From NCBI GenBank assembly GCA_913055735.1, contig CAJXKD010000001.1, positions 1,790,923 through 1,854,922 of the forward strand: 64,000 bases of DNA, given 5' to 3'. Of the stretch, positions 63,238-64,000 are shown piece after piece. The notes beneath the pieces were generated by a model. The model was given only the letters and a program-made list of their open reading frames with translations. It made no database searches and was not told the DNA's origin. The stretch is from an uncultured Rhodospirillales bacterium. Lineage in GTDB: Bacteria > Pseudomonadota > Alphaproteobacteria > Rhodospirillales > UBA2165. The position numbers and the translations under genes were made by a program. Within the stretch, counting starts at the first letter, position 1. Every line of letters begins with the position of its first letter.

Positions 63238-64000
63238 TTATCGGAAGATGTGGATGTTCCCCAGGAACTGATCGATGCAGGCGTCCCACGAGTATGTCAG
63301 GGCATGGGCCCGGCACCGGTCCGGATCGATGTTCAACGCCCTTTCCGTTGCCCCCGCGAGGTCTTCGTCCAGGACGCCGGCACCGGAGCCGTCGACGACG
63401 TCGAGGGGGCCGGGCACGGGGAAGGCGGCAACGGGCACGCCCGAGGCAAGCGCCTCCAGCAGCACGAGACCGAAGGTGTCCGTGCGGCTCGGGAAAACGA
63501 AAACGTCGGCGGCGGCAAAATGCATCGCCAGGTCTTCGCCGGTTTTCATGCCGACGAATTGCACGTCCGGGTATTGGCGTTCGAGCGAGGCAAGCTGCGG
63601 ACCGTCGCCCACCACATACTTCGTTCCCGGCAGGTCGAGGGCGAGGAAAGCTTCAATGTTTTTTTCCACGGCGACCCGGCCGCAATAGAGGCTGATGGGG
63701 CGCGGTCCCTCCAGGAAGTCCTTGGCGCGGGGACGGAACAACTCCGTATCCACGCCGCGTGACCACCGTTTGATATTGGTGATTCCCCAGGACTTGAGGT
63801 CGTTTTCGATGGTCTGTGTGGCGACCATGACGCCGCTCGACGGTCTGTGGAACCAACGCATGACGGCATAAGAGATGGAAAGCGGCAAGCGGATACGGGC
63901 GTGGACGTATTCGGGGAAACGGGTGTGAAACGCCGTCGTGAAGGGATAGCCGCGTTTCAGGCAATGACGCCGCGCCGCGAAACCGAGAGGGCCTTCGGTG
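63238..64000 (-). CDS. GT4 family glycosyltransferase (3' part; 5' end is beyond the window)
   Basis: RGVD, GRVA.EKN, VGDGP, FPS.TDTFGLV.LEA.ASG. Confidence 0.9.
   Translation of the reverse strand, partial: TEGPLGFAARRHCLKRGYPFTTAFHTRFPEYVHARIRLPLSISYAVMRWFHRPSSGVMVATQTIENDLKSWGITNIKRWSRGVDTELFRPRAKDFLEGPRPISLYCGRVAVEKNIEAFLALDLPGTKYVVGDGPQLASLERQYPDVQFVGMKTGEDLAMHFAAADVFVFPSRTDTFGLVLLEALASGVPVAAFPVPGPLDVVDGSGAGVLDEDLAGATERALNIDPDRCRAHALTYSWDACIDQFLGNIHIFR

Overview
GC-rich alphaproteobacterial chromosome segment. Gene order and protein types look Rhodospirillales-like (inference). Left arm (1-15.7 kb): partial sulfatase, htpG, HPF, pcm, Suv3-like helicase-S4-TerB-fdxA-carD, a degenerate PPP-family phosphatase, a SLOG protein, M48 protease, SNase, pip, PagL-like deacylase, nitroreductase and tRNA-Arg(CCT). 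After the tRNA comes a patchwork accessory region (15.8-28.5 kb): SDR, TylF-like methyltransferase, MesD-like methionine synthase, a 2OG-dioxygenase/sulfotransferase-like fusion, GMC oxidoreductase and a CHASE hybrid-kinase phosphorelay. A compact, complete PHA cluster follows (DUF6489-phaC-phaB-phaP / phaR-phaJ-phaA) with PhaR boxes and a candidate sRNA, then queH, M23 and the core block clpB...prmC-prfA-hemA-like-hisS-rodZ-ptsP-lysC/ubiG...radC, and a variable right end. Most notable: (1) an intact glutamyl-tRNA-reductase homolog with its catalytic Cys replaced by Pro and an amphipathic C-terminal tail; (2) CarD fused to a 183-residue acid-free histone-H1-like N-terminal tail, followed by a pseudo-phosphatase and a SLOG gene; (3) a candidate anti-SD sRNA at the end of the phaC operon; (4) a MesD-like gene without mesX; (5) no ispG at its usual position. 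No CRISPR array, integrase or transposase was seen. All family calls come from motif recognition by eye; no database searches were run.
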